From Podarcis vaucheri (lineage: Eukaryota), in NCBI GenBank assembly GCA_965113315.1, contig OZ220369.1: DNA of 64,000 nucleotides; one strand, given 5' to 3'. The notes beneath the pieces were generated by a model. The model saw nothing but the letters and a program-made list of their open reading frames with translations. It ran no database searches and was not told where the DNA came from. Shown here piece after piece: positions 38,904-52,293 of the stretch (position 1 is its first letter; every line of letters starts with the position of its first letter). The position numbers and the translations under genes were made by a program.

Positions 38904-39989
38904 GAAAGGAAAACCTCTGTCAACGGGCAGGGGTGTCACGGGCGTCGTGTTGGTATAATCAGGAGCAAATTGGTGCAAACGTGTCCAGAAGCAAAATAGA
39001 CGAGCTTGGATATGTAAGTTAACTGCAGCTTGTCAGAGGCAGTTTGTGATTGCACACCTTTGCCTCAAAATAGAGATGCTACTTATTTTTATATTAGAAT
39101 TAAACCTTTAACAATCCCTTAGTAGGCAGAAATTCAACAGGCAAAGCTGCCACCTCTCAGTGTATATCTGTGGTGAGAAACACTGCTGTCCTTTTTAATT
39201 TGATGCACAGCCATTAAAGCCCTGATACCCAAAAGATTGGAGTGGTGGTGGGATCTACAATCTTTTAAAATTTTAAAGATCTACAATCTTTAAAAGTCAT
39301 GGGGATGTTTGCTTTTCAAATCTCATTTGTCTTATTTGAAAGTAATAATCAGGGAAAGGATCACAACAGGTGGGTTGATGTCCTTTCAAAGTCCATACAG
39401 TATTTGTTAGGATATGTACTGTACATGGAATGTAGGTAAACTAACTGCAACCCATCTCAATTCTTAGTGAAGGGTTCCCGCCTCCCTTGAAATATCTAAG
39501 AGGAGAGCAGTTTGTAGTTGAAAGTGATTATCAGAAATTCAGCAGAAAACGTATTAGAGAGATTTGCTTGTGTCCCATTCCACATTCAGGCAGTTTAGAT
39601 TTTACTTTCAATTGGTGCTTGGTTTCTAAAATGGGAAGTAGCTCTATCTAGAACCCCCTTACCTGTCCTTATGGAGCCAGTGAATTATAGTTACAGTATT
39701 CAGGGTGTTCCTTGCTGCATATGTAACATGAATGTAGTGACTATATGTTTGGTGGTTGTTTTTAAATACATTTCTTCTACTTTAATGGTATTTATATACC
39801 TCCCCTCACCACAAAATATCCTCTATATATCTCTAATCCCTATTCTTTAATTAATCCTAGTTCTTTAATTGGAGCTGTGGTAATTTTTGTGGCCTTGCAG
39901 CAGAAGGTGCCATCTTGAAGGGAAACAGAGTTTTCTACAAAAGAACAGTTCTCTCCTAGAAGAAATCAACATTATTTTTTTTATTAATT

Positions 39990-40135
39990 ACATTTATATA
40001 CCACCTTTATCTTCCACGAATCTCACGGTGGTGTACATGGTACTCTTCCCCATTTCATCCTCACAAGAACCCTGTGAGGCAGCTTAGGCTGAGAGGCAGT
40101 GACTGGCCCAAGGTCACCAGTGAGCTTCATGGCTT
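39990..40135 (-). mobile_element. MIR/CORE-like SINE fragment
   Basis: cctcacaagaaccctgtgagg...gactggcccaaggtcaccagtgagcttcatggc. Confidence 0.65.
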
Positions 40136-41449
40136 TCCCTATGCATCTGTCACCTGTCTTCCTCTCTTGGCAAAAAGAGGATGACTATGTCTGGGTCCAA
40201 CCCTTTTATCTCCAGTTCCAGGGCAACCATCAGGGTCCCAACATCTCTGATACCTGCCCTGAGTTCCCCTTTATTTTTTGTGGGCCAACACAACACCCCT
40301 GACAAAGTGCTGTTGCAAGGTATTGAGGGAAATTAACATAGTAGCTAGTCCCTGCCATCCAGCATTGCTGAAAGCATCACTGTTGCTGCTGCCAACCATT
40401 ACTGACAGGTATGCCTGCTAGGGGGTGGGGCGGGCACTAGAATGAACAATGCATAGGACCACCCCTACCTGGGGCTGGCCCTTTCCAGTTTTCCTCTCAA
40501 ACGACAGCTTCAGGGAAACCTCCCCACTTCCATCTGCTTACACCAGCTAAAAACAGCTAGGGAAGAATTTAATGCTGAGCATAGGCAGTGATGAACCTGC
40601 TGGCCAAGAAATCCCCAAACATCTACTTCTGGATTTGCTGGATGGCCATTTTACTCTTGGTGGACCTCATGGGAAGCATGACTCAATGCTTCCCACTAGA
40701 AAACCAGACAGCAGCAATCATAGATGTTGGAAATCGTTTGCCTTGTATGAATTGTCTCAGGCTTTGCAGGTGGCCTGTGGGTACTTTAAAAATCCCCTAG
40801 CTAATAGGGTAGCAATGTTAACAGAATGTGTGCTCTCTCTCAAAAGGTATTTTATTCTTTGTATGGGAGAGGCAGGTACAAGTACAGCTGAACGTATGTA
40901 GCTTACACTGATTTCTCCTACATCACAACTTTATTTGGGCAGTGGGTAAATAAATGGAGAGCAGAGAAAACCCACTGCAAAAAAAAAAAATATTTTTAAG
41001 CCTTCCATTTTGCTTATTGGGCTCTGGGAAGGTTACATGAGGGCCCTGGGCTTTGCACATCCTTCCCAGAGGGCAGTAAGTTAGGCCAAGGGCAAGGCTG
41101 CTGTAGACAGGTAGGGATGGTCATGGGGAAAGCAGTTCCAGAGGTTCCTGACTTTACACTATTTTGCATTTGCACATGGACCCCTGAAACCAAACCCTCA
41201 TATAAGCTGCGAGTTACCTCTACACAATCACAGGAACTTCCACCTGAAGTGGTATAGTCCAGACACTAATTCAAAGTTATGCATTTCATCCCAGTGGCAG
41301 GCTAGGGAAGCAACTTAGGGCACTTTCAATACATCTTAGTGAAGTAACCATGTGGAAACGAAACCTAGGAAAGTGCCAATAAGAAACTCCAACGAAACAA
41401 TTATACAGGGAAAATAGCTGGGTCTTTCGCAGGAGTGAAATATTCCTCA

Positions 41450-41582
41450 TCAGGGAAAGGGAGACTGTGGCCCTCCAGGTGTGGTTAGATGGCTAAATGC
41501 CCCCCGTCCCAGTCAGTATGGCCAATGGTCAAAAACTATGATAGTCTAGCAACCTCTGGAAGTACAGGGGTTCCCCATCTCT
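41450..41582. mobile_element. Short hAT-derived MITE
   Basis: cagggaaagggagactgtggccctccagg...ggttccccatctct. Confidence 0.55.
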
Positions 41583-42914
41583 ATGCTAAAGGGATCCATT
41601 CAAGCTGAGGATCTCAAGACACATCATTTTGATGTCACAAGCCAAGGAAGAATTAATTTAGGAACAACCTTGGTTTTAATGTACTTTACATCCATATATC
41701 CTTGGGCTTTCCTCATTAAAGAGCTCATTTTGCCCAGTGACTCTAGGTTAATGTAAGTTGGACATGTTTATGCTAGTTTCTGGGTGTAGGAGCTTTTTGG
41801 AGTCACAGGTGGTACAGGGAAATTCATGGGCACATGCATATTTTTATAAGCGCATTTACCTAACCTGTATTTATCCACTTTCAAAATGTATTTTCTGTTC
41901 TTACCTAACAGCCTATGTGCAGCTCTCATTCAGGCATTGATTCAAAAACACTGCATCAAGTGCTCCCAGACAACTGGAGTAATGTTCTTATTTTCTTACT
42001 GTCAAACTAGATGAGATTCTATCAACGCAGTTTACAATTGTGTTACTTTTTTTTTAAGTAAGTCCCCAGACTTTAGCCCTTTGCCCTCCCCCTATATTTC
42101 TGATCCATACTCGGGGCGGGGGGGCACATACCTGCATTAATTGTAAAAAAATGTGAATTATGTTGCATCTTGTTCAGCACCTTTGCTTCTTTTCAAATTG
42201 CAGACACATTGAACTAATGTTTTCAGGAGACATCCCCAAAGAATTCTCAGCGTAGGTTATCTCAAGAATCACCTTTCTTTATATGAAACCTGTCTTAACA
42301 TCTTCGTCTTCTGAGGCCCTGCTCTAAGTTCCCTCACCACCACAGGGCCTTTTCAGATCTGGAATAACATGCCAAGGGGGTTCACCTGCCCCTTTTGTTG
42401 TTTGCTCTCAGATAGGCAGGAAAGACCTATTTCAATGAACTTTTTCAGATTACTCTCCTTGAATTTCATCTTCCTGTTAACTTTTTAGTGTTTTGCACTA
42501 CAATCCTATACCTACCTAAATGAGTGTAAGCTGTCTTGAACTCAGAGGGGCTTACTTTTGACTAAAAATATATAGGATTGCACTGTTAATATCTTTAAGA
42601 TTGTTAAATTTGGCAGCTTGCTTTTGCTGCTGTATTGATTTTTTCTTTCTTTCCACAGAAGTTGAAAGTCAAATGTGAGGCTTCAACTGTGTCGGTTTTA
42701 TTTCTGGTGTACAAGTTATTCTCTTTAACTGATATCCAAACACACATAAACATAGTACCAAATAAATATTTTAATGTTCCTTTCCTGTCCAGTTTGTTAA
42801 AAGTTTAGAAATACGTTGTCAGAACATGACAGTTTTCAGAGATCCAGAGGGCTCCAATAGGAGAAGAGACTTCCTTATTCACTTTAATGCAGTGTGAATT
42901 TGCTGTATTGATTT

Positions 42915-42972
42915 ATATCTATCTGTCTGTCTGTCTGTCTGTCTAATCTATCTATCTATCTGTCTGTCTATC
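42915..42972. repeat. (TCTA/TCTG)n microsatellite
   Basis: Seen directly. Confidence 0.9.
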
Positions 42973-43325
42973 ATATTCAGAGAACCTTATTTAACAAGGC
43001 AGGGTATGAATATTGAAAATCGATGAATAATGGTTTCCATTTCTATTTTCTGTACTGCAGGAAGGACAAGGATGACTTGTTGCCTGTGGTCTTCAGCGTT
43101 CCCCTTTCACTTCTGGAAAGAAGCTCAGTCCATCTTCCTTTTTATTTCACCACCTGTAAAACCACTGAAAAACTTCAATGCTGTACTTTGTTGACTTGAG
43201 TTACCTAAGGTGTTTTTGACCACTTGAGGTTTCACAACACCTCACTCCTTCCCAGTTTGGTTAGGGAAACTCCACAGCAGCAGTCACAAAATGATGTACA
43301 CCCAACTCACTTGCTCAAACTTCTT

Positions 43326-43331
43326 TTTATT
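43326..43331 (-). terminator. RIPOR1 poly(A) signal AATAAA (second candidate at 43141-43146)
   Basis: AATAAA about 890 nt after the stop, following an AU-rich UTR tail. Confidence 0.55.
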
Positions 43332-44219
43332 TCAGGCTTAAAGTCAAAATTAGCCAAACCTCTCGATAATTACATTATATATATTTATATATCTATGTAG
43401 ATATACAGATAAAATTATAGAGATTTTATAGAAAAGACTTTTTGCTTTTGTTTGCAACCTCCCCCCCAAACAAATGTGTAAATAAAAATAATAAAATAGC
43501 CAAAGAAGTGGCAGCGTTTGTCTATCCATGTTGTTTCCATCTGCCACAGCACCACTGTTAAAAACAATCTGTCCTTTCTTCCTCCTCCACTGGGAGGTGG
43601 GAAACTCTCTCCTGTAATTGTTGTGCACTTTCTTTCCCCCCACCTCTCAGAACCGAGAGAAGAGTTTGCAGCTTCTCAGTAGCAGAATATACCTGGTCCC
43701 AATTTCCTGCAGTATTCACAGCCCCAGAGGGTGGAGGACATGGGCAAGCTAAGAGCAAGTTGAACACTAAGTGGGACTTCAAGAACACACAAACATTCTT
43801 CCAAGTTTGTTTCAAATGGGAGATGGCTTTAGCAACTGAGACTTTCTGCCATGGCCATAATGCTCAGCTGTTGTTTTTCTCCAAAATGTGGCATGTTGAT
43901 CCTGGCAAATGGCAGAGAGCCATACTCAATCCCTCAGCCCCGTGGGCTCCTGTAGGAAAGGAAACAAGCAGATCTCTCAGTGTCTTGTACTCATGTTAGT
44001 TCCATGAGTGAAGCAGCCATTGGGGCTAGGAAAAGGCATCCTCCACATAAGACAGCGTGTGGGTGATGCTAATACTGCAGTGTGTGCATGCGCTTAGGGG
44101 CAAAGAGCTGCCCAGTCTATGGCACACTAGTCTGACCCCAGTCTGTGTGACTTGAAGTTCTGTGGCATGCAAAGTCTGGGTCCCAAAAGGATCTGGCTGG
44201 TCAGTTTGTGTGGCACCCT

Positions 44220-44317
44220 TCAGAACGCAGTGCTGGCCATGCTCCCCGGGGCAAAGATTCGGGGCAAACTGTCAAGAGACTCTTCTAGACGTCGATGAGC
44301 AGATTTCCCATCTTCTC
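44220..44317 (-). CDS. RIPOR1: RIPOR1 last coding exon (GEDGKSAHRRLEESLDSLPRIFAPGSMASTAF*)
   Basis: ttgcag|GA...TGA, 98 nt; conserved RIPOR1 C-terminus. Confidence 0.95.
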
Positions 44318-45377
44318 CTGCAAGCAGATAAAGCAATCAGCTGTTAATTAGGATATGGTTTGCCCCAGCCTTGCACATGTCTACAGAGTCAGACCATAAA
44401 ATTCCCCTGTCATCATCCTTGGCAACACACTGACCTGAAAACGGGTGATTCCCTCCCCCACCCAATTTCATAAAACTTCATTGCTTGGCTGCCTAAGGGT
44501 GATCCAACCAGCTGTGTGGCCATCTATAAGATTACACTTCCAAATTAATGTATGGTCAATATTGTTTGCTGATGATGGTCCATTCATATTTTCTTGAGTG
44601 TGAACCCAGTTCCCCAATCAAACAATGAAGACTGATGAGGCTATATGATTACTGACAAGAATTTACCCTTTGTAGGAATGGCCAGTTGATACATCTGAAG
44701 AGCTCATTTAGTAGCTTTTGAACACTGTTGGTTTCCAGGTGCCCTTTTCTGTCCTGAGTCAGTCATTTAACAATTGTCCTGCTTCCTCTGCATGTTCAAA
44801 TTGGCGCATGACTGCACTATTCTATTTGAATTTGCCCTTCATTTTGTACCTGTGCTGATCTTTGCTTGTTTGCAGTACTTTAGAACTTGTAAATACCCTC
44901 CGCAACAGGCATGCTGCTTTAAGCAGAACTTAAAAGGGAACATAAGAAGAGTCTGTCTGCTACAACAGGTCAATGACTCATCTAGCTCAGTATCTTGTTT
45001 TTACAGTGGCCAACCAGATGCCCACGAGAAGCTCCACAAGCAGGACCTGATTGCAAGAGGTCCCCCCATTCAGGCACCTGGATCGACACAGTTTTTGTGG
45101 CATTGCAACTGCTGACAATCCCCTCCCGCTGCACTTTGATGATCTGCTAGTGGGTCTGTGAAATGGGTTGTGTAACCCCAACAAAAAACCCTTTTAAATT
45201 ATTAAAAACTATTGTCCAGATTTCATTCCATTTTAGAAGATTTACAGGGTGCCGTGCCAGATCCTGTGGATCTCACCCCACTCCATAACAAATACAACCA
45301 GCTCTGTGCCAGTGCTGACTCCTGGGCTCCTAGTTTCTAGTGATAACGGTTGGTGTGTCAAAATAAAATAAAAAAGT

Positions 45378-45490
45378 TCCTTCCAGTAGCACCTTAAAGA
45401 CCAACTAAGTTAGTTCTTGGTATGAGCTTTCGTGTGCATGCACACTTCTTCAGATACACTGAAACAGAAGTTGCCAGATCTTTCTATATA
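45378..45490. mobile_element. Possible Penelope-like element terminus
   Basis: 'gtagcaccttaaagaccaactaag...gagctttcgtgtgcatgcacacttcttcagatac' resembles a common squamate repeat end; family assignment uncertain. Confidence 0.4.
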
Positions 45491-47146
45491 GTGAGAAGGG
45501 TGGTGGGAATGGGAGATTGGTGTGTGTTCAAGCTTCCCCCCCTGAAACCTATCTTCCCAATCTGGGGCTTGCAGTTGCAGCATATGAACAGTAGGGGAAG
45601 CCAAGGGTGTAGGCAGAAGCTCTCAAGAGATGCTGTGAAGGATGTCCTGCTGCTCAGTGAAGGGTGTGCTTGGCCTTGTAACTGGCTAATGCAGGGATGG
45701 GGGCAAGAGGCCTTTACACCCACCAGTGGTAGCAGAAAACCCCAGGGTGCAATTCAAAGAAATATGCCCTATGACAAGAATGTTGTCATACTCGACAACA
45801 TAGACACCAACAGGCCATCATCCTAACCTTATAGTTAAACCCCTTTCAGCTCTCAGAAGTTAGTCGCCCATCACTAATAGAATGCAGGAGGAGCCTAAGT
45901 AGTGCGCCTTTGAGAAGCCCTTCATCTTCCAGGTGTTTCGAACTTCTTAAAAACAGAAGACACCTTTAGCTGGGAAGGCAGGTTTCATTTGGAAGAGATG
46001 AACTACACGCTTCTTGCTACCAGAAAGCATAGGGGCATTTTCAGTGCCAAGCCCCTGATCTAAAAGGCCTGTCTGGGTAGGAAAGTGGAACTTGCTTTGC
46101 ATGCAGAAGATCCCAGGGGTGAGTGCTTGCCATCTCTAGTGGAAAGATCAACAAGTAGGTGATGGGAAAACCACAGCCAGATACGGGAGAGCCACTGCCG
46201 CTCCAGAACAGACAATACTGGGCAAGATGGACAAGCAGTCTGACCTGGCAGAAGGCAACTTCCTATGTAATCTGGATCATAGCCCCTCAACAGGTGTGCC
46301 ATTCCCTTTGCAACAGTGACAAAGACATAGCCAGAACACAAGCGCACTAGGAGGATTGAGCTGAGACAAAAGACCTGACAAGATAAAGACCAACAGGGTC
46401 CAGGACAAGAGACACCAATAAAGCATGCAGCACAGTGGGAAGGGGGAAGAATGGACTGGCCAACACATCCCAACCTGTGCAGCTGCTGTCATGACCCGGA
46501 AGTCTAGTTAGCCAATCAGATGGTTCTCTCAGTGCCATCTAACAAAATGATAAACAACAACTGCTTAGTGCTTTCCACTCTCAGTGTTCCATATCAACTC
46601 TCACTAAGTGAGCAGCAATGTAGGGCCAAGAGGGTGCTCTGTCCTATGCTGTGGACACTAGCAAGAGATCAAGGAATAGATAGGGGGTATTTAAGAGCAT
46701 AAATCTATGGCCAAACAGGCAGGAGAAGTTCTGCCTAGCCATCTAGTATAGAGTGAGCTTCATTCCAGCACCACATGGAGCCAGACCCCACCCCGCAACA
46801 AGCCACAAGGCAGGAGTGGACAACCGGCAGGGTGGGCTGCATATAGCCTTTAGCCTGGTTTCCAAAGCCCTCTGCAACCTACTGGTTTAAATTTTTGGAA
46901 GAAGTGGTCTGTCTCTTTCTGAGTGGCCTGTTGAGTAGCAAGGGGGGGGGGGAGGGAGAAAGAATGAAAAAGGTAGCCCCACCCACCTCAGGCTCTGGCC
47001 CTGCACACTGCTGACTTTAGCCCCAATGGATTCCCCAGAGGGAATGTGTCCCTTGTCAACCACTGTCATAAAGGGAGCTGCCTGCCCTGCCCAGGTGAGA
47101 CGGGAGAGAACTATGTCTGAAAACAAGGGAAGGGAAGGGCACTCAC

Positions 47147-47237
47147 CACACAGCATTAGGCTCTGTTTGGCTGCCTCTCGTACGGCCTCTTTGTCCGTTT
47201 GGCACAAGTACACCAGCTGCTCAATACTCTCCTTGGC
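47147..47237 (-). CDS. RIPOR1: RIPOR1 exon (AKESIEQLVYLCQTDKEAVREAAKQSLMLC), HEAT/ARM-like
   Basis: aatag|GCC...TGTG|gtgagt, 91 nt. Confidence 0.95.
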
Positions 47238-47546
47238 CTATTGGAGGGAAATGTAAAAGAAGGTGATGTTATCAAGTTTTAGCTCCTCTAAACAAAACCC
47301 AAAGCTACAAATAAGGTGGAAGACCAATACACAAATACAGGATATTGAAGCCCACTGCACCCCAGACAGTTGCTCAACCAAACCTTGTAGTGTGCAATCA
47401 CTGAGAAGGCTTCCCTCCCTTCCATACAACAAAGTCTTGTTTTTTAAATGATCAGGTACAGAGGGTGAGATACATCCAGAAAACTCCTGAATGTCAGTTA
47501 GTAAATATATTAGAACCTTTGAGAAAAGCTTCCATCTAGCCCTCAC

Positions 47547-47630
47547 CTTAAGGCAGCCCAGAGCTGCGCAGGCTGCAATCCGTGTTTGCACCTCTTCATC
47601 CTCCAGCTGCTCAAGGTAACAGACCAGGGC
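47547..47630 (-). CDS. RIPOR1: RIPOR1 exon (ALVCYLEQLEDEEVQTRIAACAALGCLK)
   Basis: ttcccag|GCC...AAG|gtgagg, 84 nt. Confidence 0.95.
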
Positions 47631-47931
47631 CTGGGAAAGACACGTCAGTCAGCCTGCTTGTGCCCCCTTTCTGTACACCACACACCTTTTGTTTCTTGAG
47701 ACAGATGGGTGGCAACAAACAAAACACCCAACCAAGAAATCAGCAACCAATGACTAATAAAGCACGCTCAGCTACTTCATGCAACTCCCAGAGTTCTTCA
47801 GGAGGAATCAAGAAAGTTCAACTGCTTCCAACATGCTTTAGCAATCTGTAGTGTAGCTGCACCTGAAACCAGGCTATCTCCTGATCAATAAATCCCCTCC
47901 CAACAATAGGACCAGCGCAGTAGATATTTAC

Positions 47932-48128
47932 CCGTTCCCGGAAGCCAGGGTTCTCTGAAAGGTTGCGCAACTGTGCTGACACGGCCCCGACAACCTTGCT
48001 GTTTCCTTCGACAAGAAGCAGGCTTAAGGCTTTCAGCCCATCCTTACGAAGCCGGCTCTCAGGAACACGCTTCAGGGCCTTCAGGACCACGTCTTGGTCA
48101 TCAGAATTCAGGTTCTGTGCTAGCAGCA
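47932..48128 (-). CDS. RIPOR1: RIPOR1 exon (VLLAQNLNSDDQ...NPGFRER)
   Basis: tgtag|TG...CGG|gtaaat, 197 nt. Confidence 0.95.
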
Positions 48129-48999
48129 CTACAGTGTGAAGGCAGAACCAGCTCCATGGTTAGCTACATCATTATTTATTTATGAAGTTCATTTACATAC
48201 TCCTTTTCAGGAATACATCTGGGAAAGCTGAAGACCAGACACAAAGGGTTATTGTATCCACTGTTAGTGCCACTTAGACTCACTGAAATAGATAGACCTC
48301 TGGGTCTACTCTTGAGTGAAAGCTGGTTGGCTACAACCCTGAAATTTTTTAATTTAAGCAATCCAAAATTAACGAGTAAATAAATTTATAAAACAAATAT
48401 ATAAATCATTACAGCATTTTTAAATTACTCCCATCATGCATATACATTATAACCCAAATTTATAATAGTCAATCTATAATTGATGGAACCTTTATTTTTT
48501 CCAGTTTTGACTAACAGTCGTTCTAACTGCAGCAATAAGATGTACAGTATCATCATTTCTCCATCCTCCGCTAATATTAATGATTTAACATAGCACATTA
48601 TTATGTATGGTAATATATCCAGTCACCTTGTAGGTTTGTCATTGCTAACTTCAAGTATTCCATAATTTGCAACATTTCCAATAAATGCAAGTTGCATCTG
48701 CTTGAACTACAAGCAGGAATTACAATGCCAGCGAATGGCATTAACTCCTGGGTCACTTAAGGACAAATTTAATGAGATCCCTTTATGTGGCTTTAAAGCA
48801 GGCCTCTAATAGGTAGAAGGAATAGCCTCCCCTAAAAAATGCCCTTGTGATGGGCAGGGTGATGATCAAACCCTTTAAGGGGCATTTGAGCCAAGTGGTA
48901 TGGTCACATGTGCAAGTCTTCACTTGATGTTGCTGCTATCAGGCATCACAACATGCATGTGGGAACCCTCCATGAATCTTCACAAGTCACACAACATAC

Positions 49000-49158
49000 C
49001 TTCCTCTGCCAACTCCATGATGTAAGAGTCCAGCGTCAAGACAGGCAGAGCCTCAAAGTGGCTCCAGTATTGGAAAACAGTGATCTGCTCAGCCTGACAG
49101 CTCCCCTGGCGCCTGGGCAGTCTACGCTGCAGAAACTCCTCCACCAGCTTCACGCACA
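49000..49158 (-). CDS. RIPOR1: RIPOR1 exon (VCVKLVEEFL...ITVFQYWSHF...ELAEE)
   Basis: ccacag|TG...GAAG|gtatgt, 159 nt. Confidence 0.95.
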
Positions 49159-49796
49159 CTGTGGCAGGGAAAAAACCATTGTCAAGGTGGCTCCCAAATA
49201 CTTGGTAGATGCACCAATCATATGGCAAGGGTCTTGCAACTACACCCAGGCTTCTGAATGGGGCTGGAGGATGGTAGGGACTTGGGAACAGTCCCTGGGA
49301 ACAAGGTCTGGGGTGGGTTCACTCTTTGGATATGAATAAAGCTTTGAGGAGTTCATTCTGAGTTACACTCATTTTGCCACCACCCTCAACAGTTCAATCA
49401 TAGTCAACTCCAACAAACAAATCATGGGTCAGTTATACTGTTATTTGGAGTACAATCAGTCTTTAACATATCTCAATACAAAAAATGCTGAACTAAGTCT
49501 AAGGCAAAGAATGGCTCAAAGGTTCCCTAGGAGTCACTCCTTTATGAAAGTGAATTTTAGGGCATCAAAAATGACCCTTGTCCTCTAACCATACACACCT
49601 TCCTCATAAAAGAAGCATACGGCACAAGCATAGGAATGGATATTTGGCCCAGAATTCAGCACTTGGGGAACCCCCAGATTCATTCATTAAAAAATCCCAA
49701 GCATCTGGACCCCTGACAACATGAAATATGAGCCATGCCTGCTGGAACATAAAGCTGGGAACCAAGTGGAATGAGGAATGCCTGAAAGACACAGGT

Positions 49797-50045
49797 GTGC
49801 TTAGGGGAAGACGTGATAGCAGTCTTCAAATATCTGAAGGGCTGTGACAGAGAAGATGGAACAGGCTTGTTTTCTGTTGCTCCAGAAATGGGTGGAAATT
49901 GCAAGAAAACACATTTAAGATAAGTGCTAGGAGAAACTTCCTAAAAGTAAACGTTGCAACAGTGGAACAATTTGCCTTATGAAGTGGTAAACTCGGGTTG
50001 GATTAAATAGCTTCCAAGGTACCTTCCAACTGTATGATACTGTGA
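49797..50045 (+). mobile_element. CR1 LINE 3' fragment
   Basis: Degenerate DVIAVFKYLKGC.REDG..LFSVAPE, plus ccttccaactgtatgatactgtga end. Confidence 0.75.
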
Positions 50046-50265
50046 AATGTCAAAGCCGGCGTGGGATTGAGGAGGACTTCTAGCAGTCAAGGTATTAGCC
50101 CCTTGCCCTTCACTAGCTAAAGGATAGATGGTGCACAATGTGCAGGTTCATGCTTGAATTGCAAAGAATATAAAAAAGATTGCAGAACGTAAGATGAAAT
50201 TGGGGGCAGTGGAGAGAGAAGTAAAGCATATAGTAAGTACTGTCCTGTGTCCAACTCACACCCAC

Positions 50266-50427
50266 CTGGATCTGCCAGGCCTTGCTGGCGTTCGTTGATT
50301 CGTGCCGCATACTGGGAATTGAGTGTCTGCAGGAATTTTTCTACAGGGCAGGTGTATAGATTAGGCATGACCACACAGTTGTCCCAGAAGAGCAATACTC
50401 CCTCCTTCCATGAAGAAAACTCTACCA
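50266..50427 (-). CDS. RIPOR1: RIPOR1 exon (VVEFSSWKEGVLLFWDNC...GLADP)
   Basis: ctctcag|TG...CCAG|gtgggt, 162 nt. Confidence 0.94.
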
Positions 50428-51120
50428 CTGAGAGGAGAAAAAGACGACATAGACAGCTTAGACCTCTGGTTATGAGAATAACACCAGGAGGAACATTTCC
50501 CCCTGAACCAGTCTTACTCTTAGAAGCTCCACAAATGTCTCTCTTGCCCTCCCCTGCAAAGTATCCTATACAAATTTACATTGAAAACAGCAGTCAGCAA
50601 TGCTCTAAAAGTACACTCACCATATTTATGGTCAACTGTACCCATTCCTCTGCAGGATGAGCTCAAGTTGCAAAGGTCTGCAGAAAATTGCTGTGCACAA
50701 CTCTGATTGGCTAGCAGCTGTAAGGTCAACATCTCCTCCCTTCCCCATTCTCAGTTTAGTTTTACAACTCTTTAAAAACTGTTCTTTTAAAGAAAGGGGT
50801 TCAGGGAATGTTACATTGAATAAAGGCAGACACAATGCTTTAAAAAACCTTTTTTAAATATAAAAAACAAAGCATGGGAGAAAGGGCAAAACTAACAACT
50901 ATTGCAGGTATAAATGTATCTTACAAAGACAAGGCAGCAGGAAGCCAACCTTACCCTATGGAAGAAAGACAAACAGCCTGGCTGCATGCTTTGTTGTATA
51001 TTTGCAGACACCCTTTGTAGAATAACAGTTGACTCACTGTATCCTGCAAATAAGTGCCTATTCCAGCACTGATGTAGCTAACCCCAGATTCATTCCACAT
51101 CTGCCCTCTTTCTTCCTTAC

Positions 51121-51256
51121 CTTCCTCAGCAGAGCTGGCTGTCCCTGCTCGCTCCTCTGCTAAGCGGCAGACCATCTCCAGGACTTGTGCTTCCCTCACC
51201 AGCCTGTCGAGTGCATACATTTCCCGGCAGCGGAGGGGCCCAAAAGTGCCCAGTTT
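51121..51256 (-). CDS. RIPOR1: RIPOR1 exon (KLGTFGPLRCREMYALDRL...SAEE)
   Basis: cctag|AAA...GAAG|gtaag, 136 nt. Confidence 0.95.
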
Positions 51257-51519
51257 CTAGGAATCAGATACACGTGGGAAAGATTCTTAGTGGAGGTGGT
51301 CAAGCTCAGCTCATACTGTGCATGGCATACGGAGAGCCCTTTTAAGGTAAGGTAGCTACTCCCTCCTGGTTAGGTATCATGTGCAAGAACAACACAGAAG
51401 GGCAGGCCTGGCAAAGCTGGGACTCAACAACTTGAGCGATGTCCGACTGACAGGATGGTCAGAAAAGACGAGGAGGAGGAGGAGTTCCAAGGGAAGGGCT
51501 GAGTCTCAGGTTCCCTCTA

Positions 51520-51632
51520 GTGGTGGGGAACCAACTCTGGATGTTGCTGGGCACCAACTCCCATCAGCCCAAGTCAACATGGCCAATGGCCAGGAATGAT
51601 GGGCATTGTAGTCCATCATCATCATCATCTAG
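51520..51632. mobile_element. Short hAT-derived MITE
   Basis: ggggaacc...gcaccaactcccatcagccc...tgtagtcc...catctaga. Confidence 0.6.
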
Positions 51633-52112
51633 ATTTCAGAGTCTTGGTTTCGAATGTGGAAGCCCTAAAAGGCCTGGGACCAGTGTTATCGAAGGACCTC
51701 CTTTGGTATCAACCTGCCTATATACTGAGCTAATCTAACAGGGCCTTGCTCCAGGTGTTCCTGCTGGCTGGCTACCAGAGCCTTTTCCATTGTGGAGCCC
51801 CAACCATGAAATGCTCTCCCCAAGTTTTTGCCTAGCATCTATTTCTTACGTTTCTTCATATGGCTTTGCAAAGTTTTAATTGTGGGTGGCTGTTGAGTGG
51901 TTTGTTTGTTTTTTAAAAAAATCTGTTCATAGTACTGCTTTTTTAAATGTGCATTTGTATTGTGTTTTTATTTCGTTTTATTCCTTATTTTGTTTTTGTT
52001 TTTTTAAAAAGCTCTTGCAAACCCTCCTGATCTTCATTTTTATGCAAGGACAATCATCTTGCACAATGAAAGACATAGCCCATTCTTCACTGAAACCTCA
52101 CTGTGAACTCAC

Positions 52113-52293
52113 CAGCAGCAAGCGATTGCAATGGTTCAGGTGTAGGACCAAGGCCCTGTCGAGGAACTCGTTGCCAGTGCTCATGGGCTCTGAGCCACCC
52201 TCTGAGCTTAAGCACCCAGCTGTGTCTTCAGTAACGGCCTCGCTGGGTCCCGGTACCCTGCCCAGGGGTGCAGGCTGTGCACTGCTAGCCTTC
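52113..52293 (-). CDS. RIPOR1: RIPOR1 exon (KASSAQP...STGNEFLDRALVLHLNHCNRLLL)
   Basis: ttcacag|G...CTG|gtgagt, 181 nt. Confidence 0.92.

Larger units (their letters stand above)
37420..39005. promoter_or_regulatory. CpG island / CTCF promoter and start of intron 1
   Basis: Abrupt GC- and CpG-rich segment against a CpG-depleted background; GC boxes, YY1, NRF1-like, CRE and CCAAT motifs. Confidence 0.95.

Noticed and set aside
37418-38978. Many 100-150 aa Arg/Gly/Pro/Ala-rich ORFs on both strands
   Set aside because: By-product of stop-codon scarcity in the CTCF CpG island; low complexity and no recognisable domain.
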